The position numbers and the translations under genes are program-made. A stretch of DNA of 64,000 bases from Camelus dromedarius (lineage: Eukaryota), in the NCBI RefSeq assembly GCF_036321535.1, contig NC_087436.1, positions 54,376,001 through 54,440,000 of the forward strand. The letters are read 5' to 3'. The notes beneath the pieces were generated by a model. It was not told where the DNA came from. It worked only from the letters and a program-made list of their open reading frames with translations, and searched no databases. Of the stretch, positions 13,037 through 27,009 are shown piece by piece (the first letter of the stretch is position 1; every line of letters begins with the position of its first letter).

Positions 13037-14850
13037 TGAGGAATGAAGTCAGGAAAGATGATGGAGTAGGAAGCACCAGAAATGTCCCTCTACTACAAAA
13101 CAGTTGTACTAGCAGAAATTCAAGTGTCTGTTTTAGAACTCTGGAGTTTATTTGAACACAGCAGTATCAAGAGGATAGCTTGGCTGGTAAATTGCTGTTA
13201 ATATCTTTCCATTGCGGCCTTTAGTGCAGAAGCAACTGCTCAACCCTCACACTCTACCCATGGCAGGCAACAGTGGGGATGGAAACCTATTTCTGGATTG
13301 GGTTGTTGGAGCCAGGGTGGGCAGTAAGGACTTTGTATTTCAAATATTGGGACTCTGTGTTCTGATTGCATACTGATCAGCTTGGTGCACCAAAGGCAGA
13401 TAACCATTCTTTTAGTCCCTAGTATCCTTCCAGGATATTTAAAAGGACAGAACCCGGTTATTTTTCGGTCATTCAAAAACAGCCATGCACACAGGGGATG
13501 CCCAGGAAAAGTCAGGTGTACAAAAGACCCGAGAAGGCCTTAAGCTTTCAACTGTGTTCATGAATAGGAAGGTTTAATATTGTTTAGATCACTCCTCAAA
13601 GTGACTCAACACAATTTGTGTCAAAATTCCAACAGCCATTTTCTCAGAAATTGAAAAGCCAATCCTCAAATATATAAGGAAATGCAAGGGGGCCTGGTTA
13701 GCCAAAACAACCTTAAAAAAGAAGAATAAAGTTGGAGGATTCACATTTCTTGACTTCAAAACTTAAAACAAAGCTGTAGTAATAAAAATAATATGGTACT
13801 TGCATATGAACAGTTAGACCAATGAGATAGAAAGCATAACAATAAACCCTCATATATGTGATCAGTTGATTTTCAGCAGAAGTGCCAAGACTATTCAATG
13901 GGGGCAAAGATAATCTTTTTAACAAATGGTGCTAGGAAAACTGGATATCCACATGCAAAAGAGTGAAGTTCTATATATACCTCCTACAACTCAACAACAA
14001 AAAACCAAACAAGCCAATTTAAAAAAAATGGGCAAAGTTCTTAAGTAGATATTTGTCCAATGTAGATACACAAATGACTAATAAACACATGAAAAGATGC
14101 TCAGTATCACTAGACATTAGAGAAATGAAAAAAGCAAAATGAAATACCACTTCACAACTACTAGTATGGCTATAATAATTTAAAAAAACAATAAATAACA
14201 AATGTTGGCAAGGATGTGGAGAAATTGAAACCGTGTGTTTTGATGATGGGAATAGAAAATGGTGCATATGTTATGGAAAACAGTGTAGTGTTTTTGCAAA
14301 TGGTTAAGCATAGAACTACTATGTGACCCAGCAACTACACTGCAATGTATAGATCCACAAGAACTGAATGCATATACTTGAACTTATGTTTGTACATCCA
14401 TGTTCATAGCTAAAAAGATGGAAACAACCCAAGTGTCCATCCAGGATGAGTAGATAAATAAAACATATTACATACATACAATGGAATATTATTCAGCCAT
14501 AAAAGGGAATGAAATGTTGATATATGTTGTAACATGAATAGACCTTGAGATCATCATGCTTATGAAATAAGACACAAAAGGACAAATATAGTATAATTCT
14601 ACTTATATGAGGTACCTAGAATAAGCAAATACATAGAAAGTAGAGATTTCCAGGTGTTGAGGAGAAGGCACAGGGGGCAATTATTTAATGGGTACAGAAT
14701 CTTGTTGGGATGATGAAAACGTTTTGGGCATAGATAGTGGTGATGATTATACAACATTGTGAATGTATTTAATGATACCAAGTTGTGCTCTTTCAAATAG
14801 TTATTATGCTTTGAATATTTTACTACAATACAGCTTTTTTAAAAATTTTA
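13037..14850 (+). mobile_element. L1M/L1MB-type LINE retaining both 5' UTR and 3' end, with large internal deletions
   Basis: 5'-UTR-like start (aagatgatggagtaggaagcaccagaaat) to ~13550, ORF2 fragments 13555-14500, then an L1MB-like 3' UTR (gggatgatgaaaacgttttggg...atagtggtgatg). Flanking direct repeat aagaacccatctga (13023-13036) / aagcaactcatctga (14851-14865). Confidence 0.8.
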
Positions 14851-15524
14851 AAGCAACTCATCTGAAATTTGCATTCAGGAATTTAGAGTGAGTCCAATCA
14901 GTATGGTTGAGTATTTTTCTTTAGTGTTGCAGGAATGATTGACATATCAATGAATAATTGAGATAATTTACATCTAATAGGAAGATATTCTACTATTTAT
15001 ATATATAAAAAAAGCTCTAGGAGTTCAGAGAACTAAGAAATTAGAATGAGTCAGAGTGGTTGAAAAAGGTTGTGAAGGATACAGGATTTGAATAGAGGCC
15101 TGAAGGACTTTAGTATTTGAATATATGAGAGAAGAGGAAATTAAATCTTGGTAAGGGAAACAAGGTATATAAGTCTTTGATTCTGTAATTAGCATACTGT
15201 ATTCTAGAGTAGTGATATAGGCTTAATTTGAGCAGATGATTAATGTATAGACATTATAGGATAGCCATTATGGAACATGTATGGGGTGAAAACATGTAAG
15301 GTGGTGTAAAACTAGATTTTAAACGATCTTGAAAAGTAGGGTGAAGAGTTTGGATATTTTTCTCTATGGAGCTGTGAGCCAGTGCTTTAAAGCAGAGAGG
15401 TGATAGGGTATGATCAGTACTTTAGGAATAGTATTAAATGAGTAGTGCTATGTTGGGTGGATTAAAGTGAAGTTAGAACATATTAAACAAGAAATATAGA
15501 GAAATTATTTTTCTCATCCTAAAT

Positions 15525-15610
15525 CTAATGTGACTAGCTCTGTGACTTTGAGGAAATCATTTAACCTCCCTAAGCTTCAGATTTTTCATCTGTAAAATGA
15601 AGGTATTAGG
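15525..15610 (+). mobile_element. MIR core fragment
   Basis: ctagctctgtgactttgaggaaatcatttaacctccctaagcttcagatttttcatctgtaaaatgaagg. Confidence 0.8.
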
Positions 15611-16517
15611 CTTTTCATTATGATGGAATATAATAAAGTCATTAAAAAAACATACTTCTGAAACACTCAGGATCTGCTGATAAGATGCTTTAGTAAAATA
15701 TTAATTGAAGAAAAAGAATATATAACAATTTCTACAGAATATGATTCCATCAAAAAGTAAAACAAAATCATGTATGTTAATAATGAATATTATTCACTTT
15801 AAAAGACATGGAAGTAAATGCAGCAAAATCATAAGGGGTTTTATAGAACTGATTGATTAATTAGTTTTTCTATTTTTATGGTTTGTAAATATAATGAGCA
15901 TCTACTACTTTTTAATGAAAAACAAGTAATAAAAGGGTTTTTGATTCCAGATTAGAACTTGAGCTTCTGGAGTATTATAGTGTTATTGGTAAGGTGCTGG
16001 GGACCCAAAATGGGAAGATGGCAATATGTATGTATAGAAAGAGATCTGAAGAAAAATCTGAGGACGATTAGCAGGATGTAGTAGTTGAGAATTCAGAGTC
16101 ATCACATGATCTACTTTATTTTCCTTCAGTTTCTTTACTGCAGGGCACCTCAAATAAATTTCTATCTACTGGGCATATCTGACCTACTCCAAATTGATTC
16201 TCATAAATACAATTAGGGCTTGACTATTTGACAATTCATTTATATCTATCTATTCGACTCAATGAATACTTTTCACGGTAGCTGTTCCAAACTTTTGGCT
16301 CTTTCCTAAAAATCTCTAATTCCCTATTGAACTCTTTTTTTTTTTCCCTCTCACTTGTGATAGAAATTTCTTAATAGAAATACCCTCTGTTTGACCCTCA
16401 TCCATCTTGTGTCTAACCATTAATAGTGTCTTATTTTCCTCCAAAAAGTATCTCCATTTGGAAAATGAGTTGCGTGGTTATCATAACTTTAAGAAACATA
16501 TGAAACTATTTTGCTGT

Positions 16518-16907
16518 TGTGTTAGGGGTCCCTAAGGCTACTCCCAGAGTTGGTGACTCACTAGAAGAACTCCTAGGAATCGGTACAACTGTTATACTCA
16601 TAATTACTATTTATTGTAATGAAACGATACAGATTAAAATCAACAAAAGGAAAAGGTACCTGAGATGGAGTCCAGGAGAAACTAGGCACAAGGTCCCAGG
16701 TGTCCTATCCCAGTGGAGTGGCATGGAGGCACCTAACTTTTCAGCAGTCATGTGTGACAGCATGTGAGAAATGTTGTCGAAAAGAAAACTCACCTGAGCC
16801 TGGTGTCCACAGTTTTTATTTGGGGTCAGTCACATAAGACAGGACTTTTCTTTGAAATGCTCAGGGTTTGAGCAAGCCAGCCTGCTGAATTAACCCTTTC
16901 CTGAGCA
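16518..16907. mobile_element. MER77/MER21-family ERVL-class solo LTR with internal deletion
   Basis: ggggtccctaaggctact...tcactagaagaactc...gatacagattaaaatcaacaaaaggaaaagg...gagtccaggagaaactaggcacaagg...ggggtcagtcacata, ending gaattaaccctttcctgagca. Confidence 0.75.
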
Positions 16908-18134
16908 GTAGTTGATACCTGAGAATTTTATGTTCTGAAGTTCTTGCCGTACAGCATCTTACAGTATTTGTAGTATTTTCTCATAAGAAGAAAAGGGACT
17001 AGACAAAGTAACCATGATCATTAAGTGTCTACAGAGCACCATGCTTAAGGTTTCCATGAATTATTTTATTTATATAATAATCTTATTAATGAAGTGTCCC
17101 CTACCTTAAGAGACTACTGTGTTCTTATTTTCAGCTAATTGCTTCAAATATATAAGGTTTGTATTTTTTAGGTATCACCACCTGAAATACAGCTCTTAAA
17201 TGACTAAAGTTCTTAGCAGTCTTTTTTTGGAGCTGAAGTTCTTTTTCTCATATTTAATCTTTCTAGTTGTTGCTGCATAGGTTGATCAGATCCTTCTTGA
17301 AAATCTCTCCCCACTTAACATCAATTTTGTTTACTCTTCAGTTTAGTTTTCTTCCTACTTCTTCAACCTATCCTTTGCTAGTTTTACTCTTTTCTCCTCC
17401 ACTCTCCATTCCATTTGGCTTTTGAAATGTGGAAGATTAGCTATTTTGAAAATCCTCACATTAGAAAGAAATGCTGATTGAGATATAACAAGCATCCTTT
17501 GAGATGCAGAGCTGAGCTTTAGAGAAATCAAGAGCTTCTAAGAAGTATTATCTCTTGAGTCATAAACAGTTATTAATGTACTAACTGCCTTGTGGAGGGT
17601 AAGGGGTAGGCATTTTGATAACTACATAGAGTAAATGGAAACCGATACATATACACAAAACCAGAATTTTCTAAGGGCTGCATTATCAATTAAAGGATGG
17701 GCTGGGAAAAAATATCTAGTAGCAAATAAAGACTATAAGAAAGCATTTTATTTTGACCTGAATAAAAAAAATTCTTCTCTGAGAATGCATATTCATGTCT
17801 GTACTGAAGTTTCATGTTTGCATTATATACTACTTTCATGATTTGACTTCAGCCTGAGGAAATGACACATAAAGTAGTCGTATGTTGTATTATCCCTTGG
17901 GTGCTTGGCAGAAGCAAAACCTGTCTGCACGAAACTACCCTTTACCCAGTCCTCACAGGATTCTCATAAATAAACCGTGCTGAACAAAAGTTCACAATCC
18001 ACAATTAAAAGTTGCACACATAAGTAATATATTTGTAGAAAGAACAAACATCAGAAATAGTTCTTTTCCAAGACCTTTAGAAAGTAGAATTATTAGATAT
18101 AGACTACAGAATAGCCTAGTATGTTTCCTAGAGT

Positions 18135-18268
18135 TATGGAAACCATATAATTCATTCTCCACAGGAATGTACTTTACAGAATGAAATGGGCCACTATAAA
18201 TGATTACACACAGGACAAGGGTACTAATTAGGCACTGTTCTGGGCTAACTGAGATGTATGGTCACCTA
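18135..18268. mobile_element. Second MER94-like hAT MITE
   Basis: accatataattcattctccac...caggacaagg...ctgttctgggctaactgagatgtatggtcaccta. Confidence 0.55.
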
Positions 18269-18977
18269 ATCTAAAGTAAATCTCCCAAAGGTTTTTTCCC
18301 TTGGATCTGTCTGTACATCAATACAACAATTAAATACATTTATTTAAATTATTCTATTTCCTTTTTAATTTTTATTAATTCAGACTGAGCTATTTCCTAA
18401 TTTAAGTTGGTAAGTTTTATAATATTGCTATTTCTATTTTGGCATAGATATTTTCCCTAGTATGTTTAGTTAGCAAAAGATACAGAATAAAATAGTGACT
18501 AATGAGTGAGTAGAAGCCACTCATGTAGTGATACTGAATAAGAAAAAGTAGTGTGAACATGTACTATGTAACTACTACGGTCAGTATAGATGTAAAGGGT
18601 AAACGTACTTACCCCTTCAGCTTTATCATGTCTCAGAGCTTCCACATTTTTAGGTTTGAGTAAAGCAAGACAAAATTAGTAGTAGTAAGGGGCATGGAAG
18701 ATCCTTGACTTTATGCTTCACATGATTTTGTGAATCATTTTATTTATTCTGTTGATGGACATAGTTCATTATGTACATTGATTTGTCCCTTGTAATGATT
18801 CCTCTGGCAGCTGATTGGAAACTGTTTCTTTATACTAAGGCCTTCCTTGGAGAAGAGAATAGATATCCAAAACAGACTTTCCCAAAGCCCTGGAGAGATA
18901 TGGAATTAGACTTCTTTTTGTGGTAGTAAGGAAGTAGTTAGAAAGAAATTAGACTACTAAAATTCTTTTTCTTACTC

Positions 18978-19272
18978 CAGAATTTGGCAAACTATGGCCT
19001 GCAAACCAAAATCTTGCTATTTTTGTATGGCCTATGAGCTTAAAATAATTTAGCATTGATAGATGTTTGAAAAAAAAAAAGTCAAAATAAGAGTACTATT
19101 TTGTGCCAAAGTATATGAAACTCAATCTCAGTGTCCATAAATAGAAGTCTTATTGGAACACAATCATGTTCATTTGTTGACAAATTGTCTACTGCTGCTT
19201 TTGTGCTACAATGGTGGAATTGAGTGGTTGCAACAGACACCATGTATTTACTACCTAGTCCTTTTGACCCTG
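18978..19272. mobile_element. MER58B-like hAT-Charlie element
   Basis: cagaatttggcaaactatggcctgc...cagtgtccataaatagaagtcttattggaacacaatcatgttcatttg...tgagtggttgcaacagacacc...tgaccctg. Confidence 0.75.
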
Positions 19273-19639
19273 GATCTACATGATCAGAAATATTATGTGC
19301 ACCCCTCTTCTCAAATCATTTTTTGTTCTCTTTTTTTAATAATCAGATTTTTCACAAGTTGGAAATGAAATTATTCTTGTGAAGGAAGCTTTGGGTTATT
19401 ATGGTAAATCTCTGAATGGTTTGGCTTCCTTTCAATGAACTAACCTTTCTGTTTTTTCTGACTTACGGTTCTAATTTCTGGCATCTATAGTGCACTTTAA
19501 TAACATTTACTTTCATTAAATTATATGAACAATGACCAAATAATAACATTCACATAAACTATGAGACATATTTTAACATTTCTTGATTATTAAGAGTTTC
19601 TCTTCTACCATGGCAGTAATATTACAGGTTTGTGCTTCC

Positions 19640-20080
19640 AGTTTTCAGTAAATCAGCAACAAGTCAAGATGCAAGTGGTTTTCTTCTTTCTGGTCTGTGA
19701 ACCTCAGAGGCCTTTTACTTCATGGCAATAAGAGACTGCAGCAACTCCACATATCATGTCCTCATATGACAATGAATAAATGTAGAAATAGGGGAGGCAC
19801 TAATTTGTCTAACTTTATAAAAAAAAAAAAAGTAAAACTTTCCAAAAACTTCTCAAAAGACTTTCCCTTAGCCCTTAATAGCCATGATTTTGAAACACGA
19901 CTATATCTGAATATTCATTGGGGAACATTAAATAGACCTAGTCAAGTTCTTTGCTTTGGGTCATGAGGGACTCAGGAAGCTAACAGATATCCCAACCTCT
20001 GAATAAAATAATGAATCTGTAAGCAAAGGTAAAGAGCAAGTAATGGCTGTTGAACAAGCAATCAAGACTACCTGCCTCAC
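19640..20080. mobile_element. Old MLT1-type LTR fragment
   Basis: cttcatggcaataagagactgcagcaactcca...atggctgttgaacaagcaatcaagactacctgcctca. Confidence 0.5.
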
Positions 20081-20424
20081 TTCTAAATTTATATTTTCAT
20101 TTCTGTAAATTTCCATGTAAAAATGCATTTTTTTGTCTTAAGGAAATATTAGGCTACATGTAAAATAAGAAAATATAGGCTTTATGAAATCCTAAAACAG
20201 AACATCTCATGAGGAAAGAGTTACTTTAAAGACTGTGCAAGTATGAAATGGAAAGTGATCCCAATAAAGAGGATAAGGGAAAGTAATTTTAACACACCAG
20301 CATGCTGCAGAATTGGCAAAAAAAAAAAAAGAAAAAGGTCCTCAAATTTGTAGAAAGTTCAAGTACAAAGGCTATAAAGGAAGGTATACTAGAAAACTTG
20401 GACAGAAATTCTTATGTGCCTTAT

Positions 20425-21090
20425 TGTTAAGAGTATATAGTTAAAAATTTGACACCATGGATTAAAACTCTAGCATTGCCACTCTTAATAGTTGTGGGAC
20501 CTTGGGTAAGTTGCTTGATAACCTTAACTTTTGATTTACTCAAGCAATCAAGGGATATCATAAAAGTACCTGCCATGAAGTTTTAAAGCTTAGCTAAAAA
20601 GGTATATTACACACATGGAAGATTTTTGCTGGTTGGCTAACATCACACTTATGCCCCCCACTCCCTTCCCCATCCCTTTCTCTGTCCACCATAGGGGCTG
20701 GAAGAGCTAAATACTGTCTTTTCCATCCTTTCCTCCAGTTAGGTTGATTTTGTAATCGTATTCTGGCAGTGGAACAGGGGTCAGTATGACTGAAGTGAGC
20801 GAGGGATGAAGTCAGAGACAGATGTGAGAACTTAGCTGTGGCAGCTGTCTTGCCAACATGGGAGAACAACTGGTAGAATCACCTACACACCTAGTCTGAT
20901 ATTGTTAGGAGAGTTGACTCATCACTAGAAGCCATAAGACTTAAGACTTCTTGTTATGTGAGAGAAATAATTACCCATTTGTTTAAGCCAGTAGGTGGGC
21001 TTTCTGTTACTTGCAGACAAAATTATACATAACTGACAAAAGTGCTTATTTTAGGGGATGGCATATGCAAGAACTCAAAGCATGTTGACA
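20425..21090 (+). mobile_element. MIR split by an LTR insertion (MIR parts approx. 20425-20615 and 21039-21090)
   Basis: MIR core gccactcttaatagttgtgggaccttgggtaagttgctt before the LTR; MIR tail aaagtgctta...tggcatatgcaagaactcaaagcatgttg after it. Confidence 0.6.
20616..21038 (+). mobile_element. LTR33/LTR16-like ERVL solo LTR
   Basis: 3' end gacttcttgttatgtgagagaaataa...ttgtttaagcca...ttctgttacttgcagacaaaa...taactgaca is typical of this ERVL LTR group. Confidence 0.65.
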
Positions 21091-23759
21091 AATACAATTA
21101 TGTGTCCATCTGAAGATCAGACAATCCATTATAGTTAGAGGATTACAGGTCTTTAAATGTAACAACAGTAAAAGTTCCAGTAGACACAGTAATCAGAAGA
21201 TGAAATAGGGTGTTTTAAGAGTTTATGAGTTCCCTATTACTGTGATAATTTGTGAACTATCTTAGAGGTGCATGGAGAGTTGAGCCTGCTGTGTCCTTTT
21301 TCATACTAAACATACTAAACAAAAGTTGAAAAAGATGGCAACAATGATGTCAGTATAATTTAAGCTCTTTAAAACCCTTTAAAAAAAAAAGCCTACTGCT
21401 AGTAATTGATAGCTTTAAGATTTAGCTGACTAGATTTTGGATATGATCTTACCTTACAGTAGTATCCACTGTCTGTTAAATCCTGGCACAACCATGTCCC
21501 AGGACTTTGGTCTTTTGCATGTGTGATATGGCTGAAATACAGCTACTTCTCAGCAATTTTCTTTGTGGATAAAGTTTTGTCCATTTAGTTTCTGTCAATA
21601 AGAACATACTGGAGAAGTTCAACTGTTAAGTTGGGTAATCATTTCAAGAATACTGCAAAGGAAATCCCATTGGGTAAAGCCTGGAACAAACAGCATTTTA
21701 GTACTTTTAACTTTGAAATCTATGGACTTAAGTATGAATATCATTTTGGCCAAGTTACAATATGTATCTTTGTTTTTAAACTTTTTTATGTTGTCCTTTA
21801 ATTTAGTAAGCTAAAGATACAAATAGATATGGTTTTATGTGTGTACAATGTAGCAGAATATATTGAAGGTTTAACCATAAAATACTGGTACTATCTGTCA
21901 TTCTCATGAGTATGTCTGCTTCATAACTTTTTATTCAGCCACACTTCATCCGTGAGTATCAAATGACCATCTGTATAAAGAAAACTAAACCTGATGCAGA
22001 AGTTATAACATTACATAGAAGTGGGCAACTGGAATATCCAAGAACTTTTAGAGTAAAAGATGAGGTACTTAAGCCCAAAAGATAAATTAACTCAAATGAC
22101 TGTCATCCTCTCATACTACATCTTATATAGAAGATTAGAAATCCAGATGTTATGATTAACTCTTTATTTTTCAAACAAGTATTGAATTGCAGTGTATTTT
22201 GAGAGCCTTCATTTTGTTACTCTTAACTGCTGTTTAATTGACTCCAAGAAATGTTTTGTAAAGATAAAATCATAAGCAAATAAGATATGAGCTCGCTCTG
22301 AATTGTCTTAACTGATTTTAATCTAAGTTCATTGAACAATATAGTCCCATATAAATCAGCATAAGTGTTTTTTTTTAATTCATTCAAGGTTTTCCTGAAT
22401 TCTAATAGAATAAATTGTGTTTTCCCATAGATAATAAGATAACAGCTTTTCTGACATTTTATTTATGACAGTATTAATTTTACTAAAGATCTTTCATGGT
22501 AAAAAATGTTTAATGATATGTCAAGCTTTGATATTTTATAATTGTAGCATAGTTTAAAGACTGTGAATATATGAGATGATATTAAATCAATAGACTAGGG
22601 AAAATGAAGAAGAAAAAAATACCTTTAGTTTTTTTTAAAACAGTATCTTTTGTACAGAGATTAACACATCATTTTATAGATTGATTTAAACAGGAATAAA
22701 ATTTAATATGCCATAATTGTTTTTTATTGATGTGAACTTGATTTATTGGACCAATTAAGGACACTTTTCTGTACAATTTTATTTGTTTATTTATTTTTGT
22801 GCAGTGGGCTCTGAAAGAGAAGGTAAGGATGACTTAAATTTGATTTAAAGCAGTTCTGGTTTAGGCCCTAGTTTTGAAGTGTTAATACAAGTTCATAAAT
22901 TATACCGTATTGCAGGCACATTTCTTAAATGTCTTCTTAAACCATTGGTAGCTTGTTTTTAGATTGACTGAATAGGCAATTTTATAAGAAACTATTTCTG
23001 AAAGTACCAACTCAGCATAACTAAGAATAGGCATCTCGTTGGTAATTGGAGTAACACTTTTAAAAGCATTGAATTGCTCTTTTATATGAAGAACAGATCG
23101 TAAAAAAAAAAAAGAAAAAGTCATTTACTGGAGCCTTCCATGTGAACCTTATAATTTAACTTAATTTTCTGGATATAGTGATAATCAGGTCAAACAATCA
23201 AAACCATTATTAATACAGAAAAATGAGCTGTTTTGATAACTTTTAAATAAAATTAGAGCAATACTTTAGAAATTTAATATATACAAATTAGGGGATACTA
23301 TCATTCCTCTTTATCTCTCTCCTCCAACAATTAAAGAACCATTTGATATTAAGGTCACATAATAATTATCTAGGGGCTTATTCTTGTCACCATATATTCT
23401 ACACTACTTAGAATAGTACATATTACAAATTCTCAGTAGTGTGGATAAATTGTCAAGTTTACTCTGTAAGAAATAATGTTACAGAAAAAGGGAAAAGAAT
23501 ACCATCATCTCAGAAGTCATTTTTTATTTTTCTAATATATGTGGGAAGAGGAGTGGTTCAAGGGTCTGTTAAAACAGTTCTGATCATACCCATTCCCAAG
23601 CTCACCAACATCTCATGGTTTACTGTTGACTATTATGTAAATACAAAGTCTTCAACTTAAGTACTTTGGCCCAAACTTTCCATTCTAGTCGCAGCTTTAT
23701 TATTCATCCTTCCCTTTTTTCTGTTCTACTGTATCATCTAATAAATTTACACTATTCAG

Positions 23760-24070
23760 TTCTCAAATCACGCTTTATGCTTTGCTGTGTAAAGATTTTG
23801 TTGGTGTGGTTTCTTCCCCTAGGAATAGCTCATATCTGTTTAACAAAATCCTACTCATTTTCTAGACCAACTCAAATTCTTCCAACCAGATGAAATCTCT
23901 CACCATTTTAGATCCCCATGGAACTAATGGTACTAATCTTTATTTTCTCTTACAATATAGACATTTGTGCATGTGTCTTATTTTCCTTTAGACTCTGTTT
24001 GAATTTCCTTGAGGTAGAACTTGATTATTCTTCCTCTTTTTATCTCCTGTGAACCAAAATGCTAAATAAA
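23760..24070 (+). mobile_element. L2 3' fragment
   Basis: aaaatcctactcattttctagaccaactcaaat...tgtgtcttattttcctttagactctg...ttccttgaggtag. Confidence 0.55.
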
Positions 24071-26373
24071 TTAACACCTTATAGAATAGAAGGTAGGCAT
24101 CGTGGTTTTGAGTCTTCCATCTGTGGGCTAGTTCTAGTCCACTTTATCTACCTTGTTGAGTGTTTCAAGACCCTGATTGTATAGGGGAGGAAAGAACCCC
24201 TCCTCCAAAAGCCAGTCTGCACAGCACAGCATTATTACACAGAACATATCTAATATGTTTCTAAGTCAATAATGAATTCAATCAATAATTGAATTTCTAT
24301 TTTATATAATTCACAATTCTATTTCAATGATTGATGAAACTAATCGAATTCTGAAGTTCCAACTAGATCACTCCATTCAGGTAGCTTCATCAAAATAAAG
24401 GGAACTATGGTGACGCAAGTTATATTCCATTCTTCAACTCTGAAAGATAGCAAAAGTCATATTCTTCCTTATAGTCTATCAGTGTCCATCAGAGCATCCT
24501 GTGAGTCTCCATAATATGTGCTTTTTTTCCTAGAAATTAGCTACGGGCACAAGTCCCAGAAATGAGATGAGAATTTTAAGATCTAAAGTTATGCACTATT
24601 TCTCTTTTTTCATTTCCCCCCAAATACTGTCTCTTTCTTTCACTGTCACCCCTCCCCCATACACACTCACACAGTTTCCTTGATGAAAATTCTTCAGTAG
24701 ATGTATTTCTAGGGATGAGGTATTTTTCTTTGTTTGCTTTATTTTGAATGTTATTTTCAGAAGTCTGACATTACTGTAGCCTTTCCAGAGAGTCTGCTGA
24801 GAGGTTTGTTCGATTTGGTCAAATGATTTGCATGACTTCAACTGAGCTTTTACCTTATCAACATTTTCTCTCAGCTATGGGCAGCTGCTTTAACAGATGA
24901 GCTTAGATTTTTAAAGTGACTCTGTTTCCTGCATGGATTAAGCCTTTTACCAAGATTAGATCTAGAAATTTGTTCCGTGAGGATCATAATAAATTATAAT
25001 AATTATAATAAATTGTTCTGACCATATAGCAGAGGAAGTTAATAAATTGTCAAGATAATGACAATGTGGAAAATGCTTCTACATACAGATTTCTTAACCT
25101 AAAACCAAACAATTTCTACCTCTTTAGTTGACTTTTTTTGCCTCCTATGACATTTTAAAGATACTAGTAAAAGTAAAGATGCCATCAATAGAATGGAAGT
25201 CTTTTTTTAACCAATATTTGTAAATAATGAACTATTTGACCTCAAGTTATTTTATTTCTCTGATTACCCATATTTGCTTTTGCTATTCCATATAATAATT
25301 CTATTGCACATATAATAATTCTATTCAGACAGACTATAGCCACTAGGCTTCTAAGTTTTTTTTTTTTTTTTTTTGATTAGAGAATTGAGAGATTGCAGAG
25401 AATATAAATGAGTAAGTTTCTTGCAGCTGTGGCCAGTTATAGAGAAGACCATTCACTACTGATGTAATTCTTTGGTTTAAACTTTACAGTTATCTCAAGA
25501 TACTACATTCTGAAACTGACAAAGCTATTGTCTGACTACTAGATAATACTATGCACTGCTAGAGAAGACTGATTAGGCAAACTGAGGAGGACAGTTCTGT
25601 AACATACAAACCGAAAGATGATATAAAGAGCTTTTTAATGTGAACTATTTAACTGTAATTTACTTTGAATGTTTTTAATATCAATGAAAAAATGTCTTTA
25701 TTGTAATTTTGTCTCTGCTATCATTTGGGCTTTTTAACCAGCACCATAGCTAAGATGTAAATTACAATTTCAGAATTAGTACATTGAAAATGACACTAGA
25801 AATTGGAGAACTAAGTTGGCTATTCTGGAAATTAAAATTTGCCAAAATATGTTCTATGAGAAGATTGTGGGGAAAAAGCGAGTCTGTGATGAAGCATATG
25901 ATGAGAAATGCACACATTGTAATGATCCTTAGTCATGTGTGAATCAGACTATCACACATCTGCAATAAAGAAACCTGTTTTTTTAACCTTGTTTAACTCA
26001 ACTTTCCCCAAATTTATTTAACTGGAGAACACTTTATATGTGTGATGTCAACTGACATGCTGAAAACTTGAATTCCACGGGAAAAACCTGGGGGAATATT
26101 GCTTCAGTGCTTTAGAAAAGATACGTTTCAGTTTTTTCCATGTCTGATAAAAGACAAAGTAGACATTATCATCTTTGCCTAACTTTAGCCTATTCATTTA
26201 GCAGATCTTTGCACCAAAACACAACAAAACTCATGCTGGAAAATTTGTTGTAGACAGTCTCATAAAAGACATTTTATTTAAATTTCTAAATGATTTGTTA
26301 AGGAACATGAATATTTTTAAGGGTAAATGTAAAGCAAACATGGAATCATTAGATGGACACATTTTGATATACA

Positions 26374-26429
26374 AATATATATATATATATATACATATGT
26401 GTATATATATATATATATATACACACACA
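26374..26429. repeat. Compound (TA)n/(CA)n microsatellite
   Basis: Direct read. Confidence 0.9.
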
Positions 26430-27009
26430 AACAGTATATGCCTAATACATTTATACAATTTTATCTTTTTAATGATATTTTACTGTAGAAACCAAGCTGT
26501 AATTATGTATTTAATTTTATCTATTTCTTCTAATGACTTTGTCAATTTCAAATACATTTAAAGACTCAGATATTTCAGCCTGTAGCACAGTTCTCCTCTT
26601 TTAAAAATTCTGTTTCTATCTCTGCAGAACATAAAGTTTTAGAAACAGAAGCCAGAGAGATGTGTGTGTGTGTGTTTGTCTGTATAATACATGTACATGA
26701 TAACAAACCAAATTGTATAGAAGAGCCTAGAAAAAAGCAATAGGCTTTTGCCACATTCTTTCACATAACCAGAGACAAACTTTTTAAATTACTGAATTTT
26801 GAAGCAAGTGGAATGTAAGAATGGCTTCTTTCTGTGGTTGTAATGCCATGATATTTAGGCTTCTCAAAGTAGAATATTCTTTAATAAAAAATCACATAGA
26901 CTTTATCTTCTATATTCCATTAGTTGCTTGAATTTTACCACATTTTGATTACCTTCAGTTATGTTTAGAGCATAACTGTCTTTATAGTTGTCTGGAACTT
27001 TAAATTATC

